Position numbers and translations under genes: made by a program. The notes beneath the pieces are model-generated. The model was not told where the DNA came from and ran no database searches. It saw only the letters and a program-made list of their open reading frames with translations. Positions 48,938 through 62,100 of a stretch of 64,000 nt of DNA are shown here, one piece after another. Positions within the stretch are counted from its first letter, which is position 1. The number at the start of each line of letters is the position of its first letter. This stretch comes from Marsupella aquatica (taxonomy: Eukaryota > Plantae > Marchantiophyta), in NCBI GenBank assembly GCA_973895155.1, contig OZ316896.1:1922001-1986000 (forward strand). The letters run 5' to 3'.

Positions 48938-51381
48938 AGGAGAGTGGCAGAAGTTATCAATGAAAATGAAGAGGGGCAAGGATTCATATCACCAGTGGGC
49001 ATTGACGTATTCCTTCTGTCTGTGGCAGCTGAGGAAAGGGTTGCGGAGACGCGTTGGCAACCGTTCTCACCAGCTTCACAACCGTGGGAATATAGGTTGG
49101 GCAAGGTAATGTTGATTCCACGGTGTCAAGCTGTAAATCTCTTGTCACCTTTCACATGGTTCTATTGCACCTGATGTTCTCCGATGGCTATCAGATACTT
49201 AATGTGGGATTGTTCGAGTTGTGCTTCAGGCTAGGAGACAAGTTTTTGTTACAGCATCACGTTTAGACTGGGCGGTATCGACCAAGATTGACTCTTCGGG
49301 TGCAAGTTCCACACCATATGTAGTTCAGGAGTAAGCCGCTCTCATAAACCTCCCTGTTACGATAGATGAGAAGATTGTCCTAGTGTTATAAAAAAAGGAG
49401 TTCCGCTGTGTGTAGACCAATGCATAACCCTAACTCTTACGAATATTCCAGCTGCTTTCCAAGAACTCAGTGCCTTTCCTTACATCCGGCTTCATGACTT
49501 GTATAAAAGGATTACCTGTGTCATTCTTCATTCCCGCGGCCTCCATGTCTCCTTCAGTACGATACAGGTCTTCCTATAGCTGTATAAGCTGTCTGATCCA
49601 CTCTTTTTGACCATGCAGAGGTGATACCTTGACTTCAATTGCCAAAAAAACGAGGACGTCAGTTCGACTTCTTGCAGATGCAAACAGCCTTGAGAATGTG
49701 AACTATTTACTGTCTGGGCAACTGCTGCAAATACCTACTAATCCTGGAGAAATGGTTAGTATTATACCACTGTTTTTGGGTAGAGAGTTCTCTTCAAATG
49801 TGACACAATGTCTGCTCTGTTAAATCTGGTTTTTGGATTATTGAGGTTGTCCGTGTAAGTGTGATAAATCTGCTTCGGGTCGACGTGAACGGTACATTGA
49901 GTTGATGTCCATATCAAGGCGGTCTCGAAACTACTCCGACTGATTATACCTGGGTGGATTGGCAGCCCTCACGTCCCGCTGCAGGTGCTGATGAATTCCC
50001 CATCGCTAGGGTTTATGATGCGAGTCCTGCGTCTCAGAGGGAACGTACTTCTAAAGGAACTGGAGTGAAAGCTCTATCATCAAGAGGAGTTCTCTCTCCG
50101 AAATCAGAAGGCAGCCAGTTGTCAGCATCAGTGCAGCCTGCTACTTCCTTCAATTTTGTAAGTCAAGTATCTTGTGACTGAGAATTGCGCCGTCGTATCT
50201 TTGCAAGAGGGTTTCCTTCTTTGTGAGATAATATCGACTACCTGTATTGTTCAGGTGTGCCTGACTTGTATTATAATAACAATTGAATATTCCCTTCTAC
50301 TCTCTGGTGCAGCAGTTGAGTGAATCAGTCCTTCAGGTCTGATACCATCCAAGTTGTGTCCAGTTCTTGGGTGCATGATTTTTCCTCTCTCATAAAATTC
50401 ATGACGACTGACAGGGTTTAAATTGTATGTGTTCTGTTTTTGAAGCCGAGACTGGCAGTTCCGATTCTGTTGATAGCTCCTCTACTTGGATTCTGCGTAA
50501 GGTGCATTGTTGATGCCCTTTATATGCACATGGATCGAGAAGAAGCAAAAGACCAAGCTGAGAGGGATTCCTGGGAAAAACTACATTCTCCTAAAGCCAA
50601 CCGGTGGCAGAAAATATTGGAAGAGGACAGAGATGGTGTCGAAACTAGCATTCTCTCCCCTAACGATTCCACTCCAAGGGTATGTCTATGAACAGGCGTT
50701 AAATGTCAGGATTTTATGAGCTTGCCGACTATCGATGTCCGTATCAATGTCTCACGCGGCCGCTACTTTCTCCAATGGAGCCTCACCACTTAACTGCGGT
50801 ATGATTTGTCTTTGGCAGAATGCCTGGGCGGGAGGTAATGTGTGGAGCCAGGACGAAAATGCTCGAGAGAATACGCGAATACCCCTAGAGAATACGCAGG
50901 TAAAAACTTTTATTTCTTGTCACTGGATAGCTGGTATCATAGGTTTTTCTCCTCCGTGTGAGGAGAGCTTGTCGATGAAGTTCTGATGAATATTTGTTTA
51001 ATCTGAGCTCGTCGATGAAGTTCTGTTAAAGATTTGTTTGAATGGGATAATCTGCCAACAGATACTGTATTCGATTTAAATCATGAGCTGTGCTTCTCGA
51101 CTCTGGAGAGTGTGGTGGAGGGTATGAATGAGTCCATGCGCTGTTATTCGAGTGCTGATTGCTGCATCATTTGGATCTATGAGCAGGAAAATATCAGGAA
51201 TGAGGGTGATGAAGAAATAGTTTTGAATCACAAGCAAGACTATGAAGACATACAGAAGTCATACGCAGAGTTGGAGTCTGTCTACGCGAAATTTCTTGAG
51301 GATAGTGGGATGTCTAAATCAGGATACTGGCGTGGCAGTGGAGTGCCTACCACGGCCGGTTTAGATGATGGTGAATCTTGA
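48938..51381 (+). CDS. LysM-domain protein with one transmembrane segment (start codon and first exon uncertain)
   Basis: Spliced LysM YVVQE|GDTLTSIAKKTRTSVRLLADANSLENVNYLLSGQLLQIP (49230-49330 + 49619-~49753). Hydrophobic LAVPILLIAPLLGFCVRCIV. Plant-type C-terminus YAELESVYAKFLEDSGMSKSGYWRG. Confidence 0.8.
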
Positions 51382-52679
51382 TGAGCTGTATGCCAACCTT
51401 GTATGATAAATCTTGTAGCTTATGTATAAATTTTTTTCATATAGCTTATGTATAATTCAATCAGTGTCTGAGATTTGGTTCAAGGTTGCAGACGGTGGGC
51501 TCTTGTTTGCTCTTGTTATGTCAATTCGCCAAGTGGCCCGCATATCCATTGATGCAGATTTCTGTAATGGTTGATTCGGCAAAGTTATTATCCTCAATCT
51601 TCTAAGTGAGGTTGGGCACAGCTCTGCAAATATGAAATGTTCCTGGTCGTGGTCAGTGTAAAAAGTGTTATCTCTATCCAGTGTTGGGATTTTTGAACCA
51701 GATGTAATTCTAGTTCACCTTGTTTACCAAAGCCGCGATCTTCTCTGCTCTGCTCTGCCTCTACTTGTTTGCCAGAGCCTGGATAGACCCCCATGTTTGG
51801 CAAAACGCTCGGACCCCCAATACCTTCGATAAGTGACGCGCAACAGTAGGACTGCTGTATGCCAGTCACAGTGAGACTCGCTTGCATCATGCAGTGAACA
51901 CGCCCAGTTCAATTGTAGTGGACATCGAATCCTGCCTCCAAGCACCTACATTTCAGAGTTATGATTCTCTGCATTTGCTGGGCTCGGCCCCGGAGCAAGA
52001 ACCATCTATCATTTCGTTTCTTGGAACAGTGATTCCAGACTGATCGTTTCCCAGCCTCGAACTGGCTCTCTTAATTAGTTGGATCCATTAAAGCACGCTA
52101 GGAGGACAAACGCTGTCTCTCCTACCCCTAACATAAGTTTGATGTACATACCCAGACTGGAGGTATAGCTGCCATCCATTGAATGGGACTAATATTCGTG
52201 GGATGACGTCAGCACTCGATCATTGGACTGTATCTTTGAGCTCAAGTGACTCATTCAAAACAAGTCAAAAAACAATGACTGAGGGAATGCTTTACATTTA
52301 TAAGTGCAAGCAGATATGCCTGAACTCTTCATTTACCCTCTATCACCAGCCCAAAAATAGCTCAAGTTGCATTTCTAGCTAAATCTTCTTCGGCCTTCTT
52401 TTGATACAGGCATCGCTAACATATCTCTACAATTTCTGGAGAAGGCAGGTCATACTCTGGTAAACAGAGCCGATGTAATCATATTGACTCGGAAATCTCG
52501 AAAGAGAAATCAATATGAAGAAGGGTTTATATTGATTACAAATAGCCCGGACAAATAGCCGACAGAATATGTCAACTGAGCACCCTTTGCAGCTGGTTTC
52601 GTATGACGAGGCTTAAACTTGGTGTTGGGCTGGGTCCCCTGTGCTTCTGTTTCACGTGATGATTGCGTACGTGCTGATT

Positions 52680-55600
52680 TTAGAGCTTCAGGGAGTATTC
52701 TTGTAAATCCGATATATTTTCTGCTCGTACCGCTGCCTTCTTATGCGTAAACCAACGTGCAAATGGTATGAAAGCAGTTAAGTTGAAGGCCATGATAATG
52801 GCAAGGAGATAGTAATACTTTTTGAGCCCACCCGTGTAGAATTCGCCAGCTAACCAGCCTCCTGTGTTTTTGGTATACTTGTTCACCGTGTTTACAAGTA
52901 CAGTGGATGTGAAGTAGCCAAATGAGACTGAAGAAAAGTACAACGAGGTCGCGATACTTTTCAGGTGCTCTGGAGTCTGGGCATAGAAGAACTTCAGTTG
53001 ATTCACACCGAGAAGAACGTCCGACACTCCGAATATCGCATATTGAGGAAGCAACCAGAAGATTGACATAGGAACGCCACCTAATTAAATTGTACATACA
53101 TTAACAAACAGTCAGACTTGCATGTTGCTAGTATTTGTAAGCAAATAAAATATTCTCTCCTCTAATTGAACCATGGAAACTCGTACGCTGCCCACATTCA
53201 TAAAACATCGAGACAAACAGAACCCTACATTCATCAGTTACGTGGCTAGACTTCAGAAAAAAATTCAGTTTTTCCTATACATATCACGATCATTGTTTAC
53301 GAGCTACTTACCTTCGATAGTTTGAAGGTAAGTGATATGGTGGTTCTTGATAGTAGTCACTCTCTTTTGCTCCACCTGTGCTGCCACAATCATGGAAATG
53401 ATGGTAAGGAGGAGCCCAAGTCCCATGCACTTGAGTTGCGACAATCCTTGTGGATCTCCATTGAGCTTGCGGAGGCTGGGAACAATGACGAACTCCCATG
53501 TTGGGATGAAGATGAGCGAGGAGATTAGTAAAAAGATGACTGTAGTGGCAGCCGGAACTGTGAAGTTGGACCCAAACTTGCGGTCAAGGCTGGAAGCTTG
53601 CTGAAGTGTCACACCGGTGATTTGAGAGTACAGAGTAAATGCGATTATAGTTGTGAGCCAAACGGGAAGAATCTGAAGGATGGATTTCAGCTCCTCCACT
53701 TGTGTCAAGGTACAAAGCTTCCATGGTCCAGGTGCTTGCTGTCCATTTCTCCAAGACTCTGGTTTGATGGCCGCTTTGTCCAAGCATCTGCACCGAAGAC
53801 AGATATGATGAAATTTTGCGTTTACTGTCAATAAGCAGCAACTACAGATGTTACCATGCATTGGGACTCGTGTGTGCGTGTTGCAACCGAATCTCGATCA
53901 TACTTCTGATCACGAGACAATTGATCACCTCAATCAACCTTTCTGAACGATCAGAAGATGATCAGAAGATTACCCCGACTAGGCAGAGATTGTTTAGTTC
54001 ACTTGATATTTACCGTGCAACATTTGTGATGGATACCCAATGCACTGACAACGCAGAACTGAGACATGATGTTATTCGTACACACTTAAAATGAACCCTC
54101 CCTGAATATTTTCAGACAAACAAACGTTTGGACTATTTATGTCTGGTTATTCTGGGAGTAAATATATTGACAGTACTTAGTTATTAATTCTAAGTTCAAG
54201 TGAGTCTAAGCTTTGGTCTATGCAGACACGGGACATATGCGATCGAGGTAACTACATGCATGGTCTATGCTGCCTGCACGATTGAACAAGAACACGGTGA
54301 TAGAGAAAGCCGAAGCTACTCTACATGCAAGCAGATGTGTACAGGATAAATTTTACTATGGATCTGCAGTAAATGCGAGGGCAATTGTTCAGATACTTCG
54401 ATTGATCACACTACATGGGAGGGACGCGCACCTCAATCTGTCTGTGTGGCCAATCTTTGGAACTAATTTCATGTTGGAATACAACTCGTCGATCTCGTAG
54501 AGCTCGCTAGCATTTGAGGGAACTGGCTTCTTAGCATTCCTCACAGCCACAACTAGGACCTGAGCTAATCGCGTAAGTGGACTTCCTGCCGGCTTCCTAT
54601 GCCTGAAGAAAGCACACAATCAAAACCACAAAGTTTGTATAAATTGCTAACATTCGTCTGCAACTCAATTTGCGTTGTTTTCTAATTATTTACAGCTACC
54701 ACAAACCGCCTAAAGAGCAACAGCTGGACTGGAGCGCTCACCTCAGAAATCGTGTGCCGGAGAAGAATAGAACGGCGCCCAAAACGAAGAGGCCTGCTTC
54801 AACTCCCCAGCCCAAAGTGTACCCCACATTGCTCTGCAAATAGACGAGCACGGTGACAACGAAGACGGCTGTGAGGTTCAAATTCGCGTAGAAGGTGCTG
54901 AAAAACATCTGTCCTCTCGTCCTCTCCATCGAATCAGTCTCGTCGAACTGGTCCATGGCCATCGCGATCATGCAGGGCTTCAACCCCGCGGATCCTACTG
55001 CAATCATGTACAGGCCTCCGGAGAACCTGATGAAACGCCAAATACCCTATCAGTCCCAAAGAACTCTCAACAAAATCCTTGTCAAGATTATTATCTCAAA
55101 AGTCTCTAGCTCATTTCTGAATTCTATATTGTAAGTTTGTTTGGTATCTATTTAGGATGATTGTGAACTACTCGAAGTATACGGAGCTGTAAAGAGCAAG
55201 ATTTTCGATTAAATAGTCTATCTACTGTATAACCCGGGTGTCTAACATGATGCAAGTGCGCAATCAGTACCAACCAGGTCACAGTGCGTTGGCTGGCTCT
55301 AGGGCAGGAAGAGTTGAGCAGAGAGGGTATGCAGCTCGGGGGTTGTAGCGACGGAAGGTTGAACGAAAGGAGAAAAATCACCCAGCCCTGCGTGCAATTA
55401 TTTCAATATTAGCATATGGATGTGCAGATTGCTCAAAATGTCCAGTCTTCAGATAATCAGCCGAAAATCCTTCATAGATCGAGAAGTGACATCAAATAAG
55501 GTTTACGTAGATTCGCGTTTATTCCGACCGATCGACCAATTACACCTCGATCTGTCATGGAACACAAACCATACTCATTTTTATCGAGCTTCAATACTTA

Positions 55601-56844
55601 CTACTACAGCTATCAGTCTAGGCTATGAGTCTGGCGGCTGACCACGCTTACCTTCTATGCACATACCTCCACCATTTTCACCCCCGAGAAATTCGAGCAT
55701 AGGATGAAAGCAGCTTCATCGATTGAGCAGGGATACCAGAGCTAGCTAGAGATCGAAAGATCGTACTTAGTAACTAAGGCAGCACTTCGTAGCAGTGTCA
55801 GAAACTCGTTTAAAATGTTCTAGACATAGCCTCGCTCGTAAGTACAATCATGAAAATGAGTTCAATCTCATTTTGTGAGAAATGTGTACGTGTTTTGTTA
55901 AAATTCTGCCAAACCATCTTCAAAATTTCATGATATTGACAGTGTCCAATTCGCCAAATAATTATATACATATATCACGTGAAGTGTAGCATTCAGTTTG
56001 TCGGGAGATAATTAGAGTACTAATTTAACAGCTCGTCTAACAGTGATAACTTGTATTTTTGATAAATTCCCGACAACCATCAATCATGCATAGATGTCAG
56101 AAAACTGTATCGCTGTTTTGTGTTGTTACCTACCACCGTGCAGATGATTGACGAAACGACTATTGTGTAGTATTTGCCGATGTACGAGTCGGCAAGATAA
56201 CCCCAGAAAATAGGAACAAGATACGCTACACCCATGAAGTTGTACACGATGGTTGAGGATTCTGCTAAGCTCAAGTGAAGCTTTCCAAACAAGAATGGCT
56301 CTATGTTAGCTGAGAGGCCCGGTGCAGCAAACACGTCTCCAAATATCAGCGCTGCGGGGAAGCACAATCCAGCCAACAAAGATGTGTACATACGTGAGAT
56401 GTCAAACATAATTCCGATTTCAAGCTAGGTACTCAACGGGCCGACTGGAATGTCCATGGAATGCCATTTCACGTAGTATCGAAGTTAAACGACAAGCGGA
56501 CTCTAAATCATTATCAAAGGAGATGGAGGCTCCTAAGGTAGACCAAAGCTGTCCAGAGCATATAGATAATGCCAGCGTGAACCTAGACCACGATCGATAA
56601 GATTCATGTCGGATCGAATGAATTGGATATGTGCGGGCAAGGATTAACACCAACCGTGCACGAAAAAAGTGGCCTTCCATCCTCCTGTTTTCGATTTTAT
56701 GGATGGATGTCCGCTCAGGCTCACCGTTCCACTTCCCACCACATCCAGGCCAGGTCCTTCAGCGCCACTCTTCTCGTAATCCAGATTTGTGTACCCCTGT
56801 CCAGCAGGAAGGAATGGTCCAGAAGGCAAATCACTCGGCGTCAT
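52680..56844 (-). CDS. NPF (NRT1/PTR family) transporter, 7 exons
   Basis: TGGWKA, GYLADSYIGKYYTI, IAVGSAGLKPC...DQFDETD, KPAGSPLTRLAQVLV, CLDKAA...WKLCTLTQVEELK, SIFWLLPQY, FFYAQTPEHLKSIATSL. Confidence 0.93.
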
Positions 56845-58194
56845 CTTCTGGTGCACAAAGAAATTCGACTAGCAGTTGTACATAGCTGTCTCTGCAACAC
56901 TGTCTACCTCTGTGGGTGCCTGCTCTTGATCTCTAATTATATGCCAAGAATGAAGTGTGAAACCGTTACATACAAACTTGGAGGTTTGACCATGAGCTAT
57001 CGGTGTGGAATCTAATCTGAGGCCATAATCTCTAGATGGAAAGTTACGAATAAGTCTTCGACCGATGACTTCACTACTCTAGTACCACTGAACATTCTCT
57101 TGCTAGCTTAATTCGTGGTATGCAATGCCGTTCATGAACGACAAATTAACTCCTCACCCTTTTACCACGGCATTAATACACAAACATAGAACTCAAACAA
57201 GGAGTATTGTAGATGTGCAGTAGAAGAAACCATTTTTTCGCTCCAGTTATCACAGCGTCGATACATCAACGAGATGTCCACTTCTACGGGAGGTCCACCA
57301 ACACCACGGCCACCATGGTCGTCGTCAAAAGCAACAGCCTCGAGCTAGTCCCTTACAACGGAGAGGAATAATATAAATCCCAGCAAATCAATGTCTCCAA
57401 CCAGAGTCGTTGTCGGTGACCTATGTTCCAAATAGTCATCAACAAAGTTTTAGAACTAGTCTTGATTTTCTGCAAGGACACGTACTTTGATTCGACAGGA
57501 GTACAGGACTGGCTGACGTCGAGGAGTCCAACATTAACCTTATAAATTTCCGAGAACGCCATGAATTGGACACTGCACCTGCGCAAATTCCCCAAATCGC
57601 AGCCTCAGATTCGACATGTCTCTATATTGTGACCAGTAGTTCTGTGATTTCTTAGCTAGCCCTTAAACAATGCCACGATGCTTATCCTCGTGACAAGAAA
57701 CCGTTTGTACCTCTGGAAGTAACACCGATGACTCAACTATCCCACAAAAATAAATCCGTTGACCACTGTACCGAGTACTCTCCAGGTCTTTCCTGGCGAA
57801 TACGTTATTTCCTTTCATTCACAATTTATCATGACCGCAACCATCTGTCTCCTTATTTATGGACGAAAGATACGGCTGAACGTCTGCGGTTTTCACTTTT
57901 CGGCAACCGAGTCTGATTACAGTGCTTGAGGCGCGCCGTAGTCTCGAGATCTGAGGTCCTGAAGGATGCAGTACTCTCCGTGCAAATTTCCAGCGAAGTT
58001 GCACCGACTCTCGCGCATGCTGCAATTGACTAGAGTCGGGTACAGCACCGAAGAATTCGTGAGACGCAAAGGCCTACGGAGTACCGGCTGCGTTTGGATA
58101 GCGAGGGTTCGCAGAAGTATCTACCTACCTCAATAAATAAGCGATTCTGCCAAAAAGCGGTCCGAAGCAACTGTACTGAAAAACGTTTTAATTA

Positions 58195-58527
58195 ACCAAT
58201 TGGCTTAGGTCAATTGGCTAGGGGATTTGCCTGGAACTTAGAGGTCCCAGGTTCAATCCCCCCTCCACACATTGGTGTGGAGGGTATTTGTGTGTGGGTG
58301 GGATGGGTTTTGTGGGTAGTGGATTGGAGTTCTGATTATTTGTTCAGCCCCTGGTCGTCCACTTTGTGGCCCTGATTTAATCCTCTCTCCTTCCTGGTGC
58401 GAGTCCCTGTCGGATCCGTTGGGGCTCACCCTGGTCTGGGTTCCCTACAGAAAAACTGTCACATTGGGATGGGGGGAGTCTAATTGTATTTCCTCCCCAT
58501 TTCCGTTCAAGACAAAAAAAAGAAGAA
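58195..58527 (+). mobile_element. tRNA-derived SINE (~333 bp)
   Basis: A-box-like taggtcaattgg and B-box ggttcaatccc in the first ~65 bp, a unique body, an A-rich tail, and a 10-bp TSD gttttaatta (58185-58194 / 58528-58537). Confidence 0.82.
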
Positions 58528-58602
58528 GTTTTAATTAGTCCTTGTATTCCTCCCCCATGAATTTCGTGAGCCGCAGATTCATGGTCTTTCAACATGGGTC
58601 AC

Positions 58603-58687
58603 GCTCATTGGATTGAGAACGAAACTCAAGCTCGAGTCTCATGCATTACTCATTGGATTGAGAACGAAACTTAAGCTCGAGTCTCAC
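58603..58687. repeat. Two-copy ~38-bp direct repeat
   Basis: ctcattggattgagaacgaaact(c/t)aagctcgagtctca at 58603 and 58650. Confidence 0.8.
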
Positions 58688-59186
58688 TGAAGCATTAAGA
58701 GCCTCTGTAAACAGCCAGCTGCCACCATACTAGACCAGGCTAGTCCATTTTGTTTAGAGTGTGAAGAGAGTAAGAATGAACCCCACTTTTGGGTGGGGTG
58801 AAAGACAAAATCTTTCAACACCAGCACTAACTCAAGAAAGCCTGTACACAGCTGCCCTGCATACAAAACTGGGCGAGTCCAATTCTTTTTTTTGTCGGTT
58901 TTTTTTCTTGGGCGAGTCCAGTTCTTTTAGAGTGTCAAGAGAGTATAAATGAACACCATTTACTTTTGGGTGGGGTGAATGACAAAAGCTTTGTACATAG
59001 TTGCCCGCATACAAGATAGGGAAAATCCAAATGTTTAGAGTGTCCTCGGGGTCTCACTATATGGGGACCTCTCCATCATCTGCGACGTTTTTAGGCCTCG
59101 GACCCCCTCAAATGTAAGAACTTTTTTTGAATTTTTTAACCCTTATAATTTTTAGAATATTCCAAAATTTGGATAGAAAAGACTCT

Positions 59187-62100
59187 CACTACAACATATT
59201 TGACACTTTTGTGAAGGTATTTTTGTCGACGCTCTTGTATTTCCGATGGGCGGCGCTTTGCATAATTTGTGAATCAACCCTCATCGCAATTTGCAATTCT
59301 ATCCCTATCGTAAATATAATACTTGAAGCGCATTATATGGCTAATACGTTACGAAGTAAGTGGTTTTGCAAGTTTTACCGAAACGCGCCGAATGGAAAGG
59401 CGCCTTCTGAAGACGGGAAAATCGCTCGCCGACTCCGAAACTAACTCATGTAAATATTTGCAAAGAAGGTTGGATTGAAAATGTTTTGCGATAGTAGTTG
59501 TTTGACAAGTTTAAGAATGTCGGAGGATGGAAGATTTGCGAAACGGTGAGAATATGAAATTTGTGATTGATTTTGCATCACAAGTTTGCGAAGAGTATAG
59601 TATGGAAATATTGAGAAACGAGAAGCTTCATAGAAATTGCGAGTCCGGTGAGAGTTTGTGAGCTTCGCAAATTGTTCGCAAACTAAAAATTAAGATTATT
59701 GTGAGGTGAGACAATGAAGAGGGTGGATGGTCCAATATATGGATGGGGCAGGAGGGAAGAGGAAGGGAGGATGGAGGGAGGTACAATGAAGGATGGAAAA
59801 GGGAGGGAGTACAATGGAAGAGGAAGGAGGGAGGAGAAAGAGGAAGGGAGGAGGAGGGACAGACGTACCACGGAGGAGGGAAACACGAGGGTGAGAATGA
59901 AAATTATGGAATAAGTAGGAAATAAAGTTATATTGAGCAACAGAGGTTAGATAGAAAGTTGCATGTAAACTTCACAAGTGATCACAATAAAACAATACAA
60001 TACATATGTCATGAGTATGACTCATTCAAAAGTGAATGGCAAATATAAATATAGACAATACTTTTTTTTATATCACCAAACATGAACAAATCAAATATAA
60101 CATGAACAAATGTCTAGGCTGGACCCAAGTGCATATAAATATGTCCCTCACACTTGGTCCTCATCGGCCTCAAGGTCATCTAGGTCTGATACAATAACAT
60201 CTGGCTTCTCAGAAACAATGGAACGAGAACGTGGCACATAGGTGATGACAATTGACCACTCGGTGTCTAAGGGGTATGGAATGTAGAAACATTGCTCCAA
60301 GTGTGATGGGAAAGCAAATGGTTCTGACGTTTGCCAATGAGATGCTTGAACACTAGTGGCACTTGTCTTCAACCGTGTAAACCCACTCTCATCTTGAAGT
60401 ACAGTGCAATTTTGACCAACAACGTTCACTTTGAACCACTTGCACTTGAAGACATATTCCTCAAACTTTGAATGGTTGTCATATGATACCACCAAGATCT
60501 CCTCTATCTTCCCATAGTGTGGCACAACATCTCTAACAATGTTCCTATCATGGCGGCTGCTTCTGGAGTCTTGAGAAAATTCCCCATGAACTCCACAATC
60601 AAAAGTACGACCCCTCTTCTCATCAAGGGAAGAAACCCTGAAATTAACAAAACCCACAAATTTTTATTACACAAAAGATACCATTAATGTAATAATCATC
60701 AAAATATGACACCCATCCCTAAATAGCCAAAACCCACATGGCCTATGGCATAAATATAGAAGCCAACATTACAGTTATGGATGTCATTAATGATAATAGA
60801 AAGTTTTTAAACAATAGTTCAAATAACTAATCAAAATAAGGTCTACATGAATTAATAGAGGAAGAAAGGTTAGGTACTAGTGGACCTGAAGTGTCTCCCT
60901 TGTGTCCACATAGCCGTCTTGGATGTCACCACTCTCAAAGGGCCATGAACAATGGTCCGAACGTCATCTGTGATGGTAGGAAAGTGGGACACATCTCCTC
61001 CTTGTGTCACCATGTCATCCAACTCAAGCAACTTTTGCTTCATATACTCATGCATCTTAGGAAAAATTCTTGCTCTTTGACTTGTTCTCTTGGCATTCTC
61101 ATAAAACTCTCTCCATTTCTCCATGATATTACTATTACTCAACATAAATGTTGTCAACTGTGACCACTCTGTTGATGTCAACATGCGTGTTTTTGTGGCA
61201 CCTGTTAAACGGTCCTCCTCCTCTTCTCTTTCCTCCATCCAAGTACGTGGACAAGTAAGATCAATGGTGGCCAAGATGTTACTACAATAAAACATACTCT
61301 CTGCTGCCAAGTATCCTGTAGCTATGCTTCCCTCCACCCGTGCACGGTTACGTACATAAGCCTTCAACACCGCCATGTAACGCTCAAGCCAATACATCCA
61401 TCTACAATGCATTGGACCTGCAATGGCAACCTCCCGCACAAGATGCACAAGTAAATGAACCTGACAATCAAAAAAGGAAGGAGGAAGGGCTTTCTCCAAC
61501 TTGCATACCACCTCAACTGCCAATACCTCCATCCCAGGGATCTCTTCTACATATATCTCCTTTGAGCATATCCATCTCAACAAACGACCCAATGACCAGA
61601 TGGCATCTTGCACTTCTTCACTCCCTATACCTATAATTGCCACTGGCAATATATGCTGCAATAGGCGATGATAGTCATGTGTCTTCAGATATCGTGGCCA
61701 CTTGTGATTGTCCTCCATCCCAAAAGCTTTTTGAAGGTTGGCACCATAGCCTGTAGGAAACCGCATCTCTCCTATACGGTTCCAAAATTCACGTCTTTGG
61801 CCAACACTCAACACCCAAGGAGCAGAAGGACGATTCTCCACACCTATGATAGGATCAGTTGTCACCCAAACATCTGGATGCATTTCCATCTCCTCGCATG
61901 CCTCCCTAAAATTAGTGTCCTTCTCCCCATAAAAATGCTTTATCAAAGCCTTCCCCACATTTCCCTCTATGTGCATGGGGTCTAAAAGATGGCGGATCTT
62001 CAACTCAGACCAATAGGGCAAAGTGGCTAGTATACTCCACCTGGTCAAACCTGTCCTATCAAAGGTGAAGGAATCATTTGGGTCTGCCGCCCTATCAGCT

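Noticed and set aside
58202-58265. tRNA gene
   Set aside because: A/B boxes are present but no convincing cloverleaf or acceptor stem; the body, A-tail and TSD indicate a SINE.
59683-59940. ORFs in the GA-rich tract
   Set aside because: Low-complexity subterminal sequence of the CACTA element.
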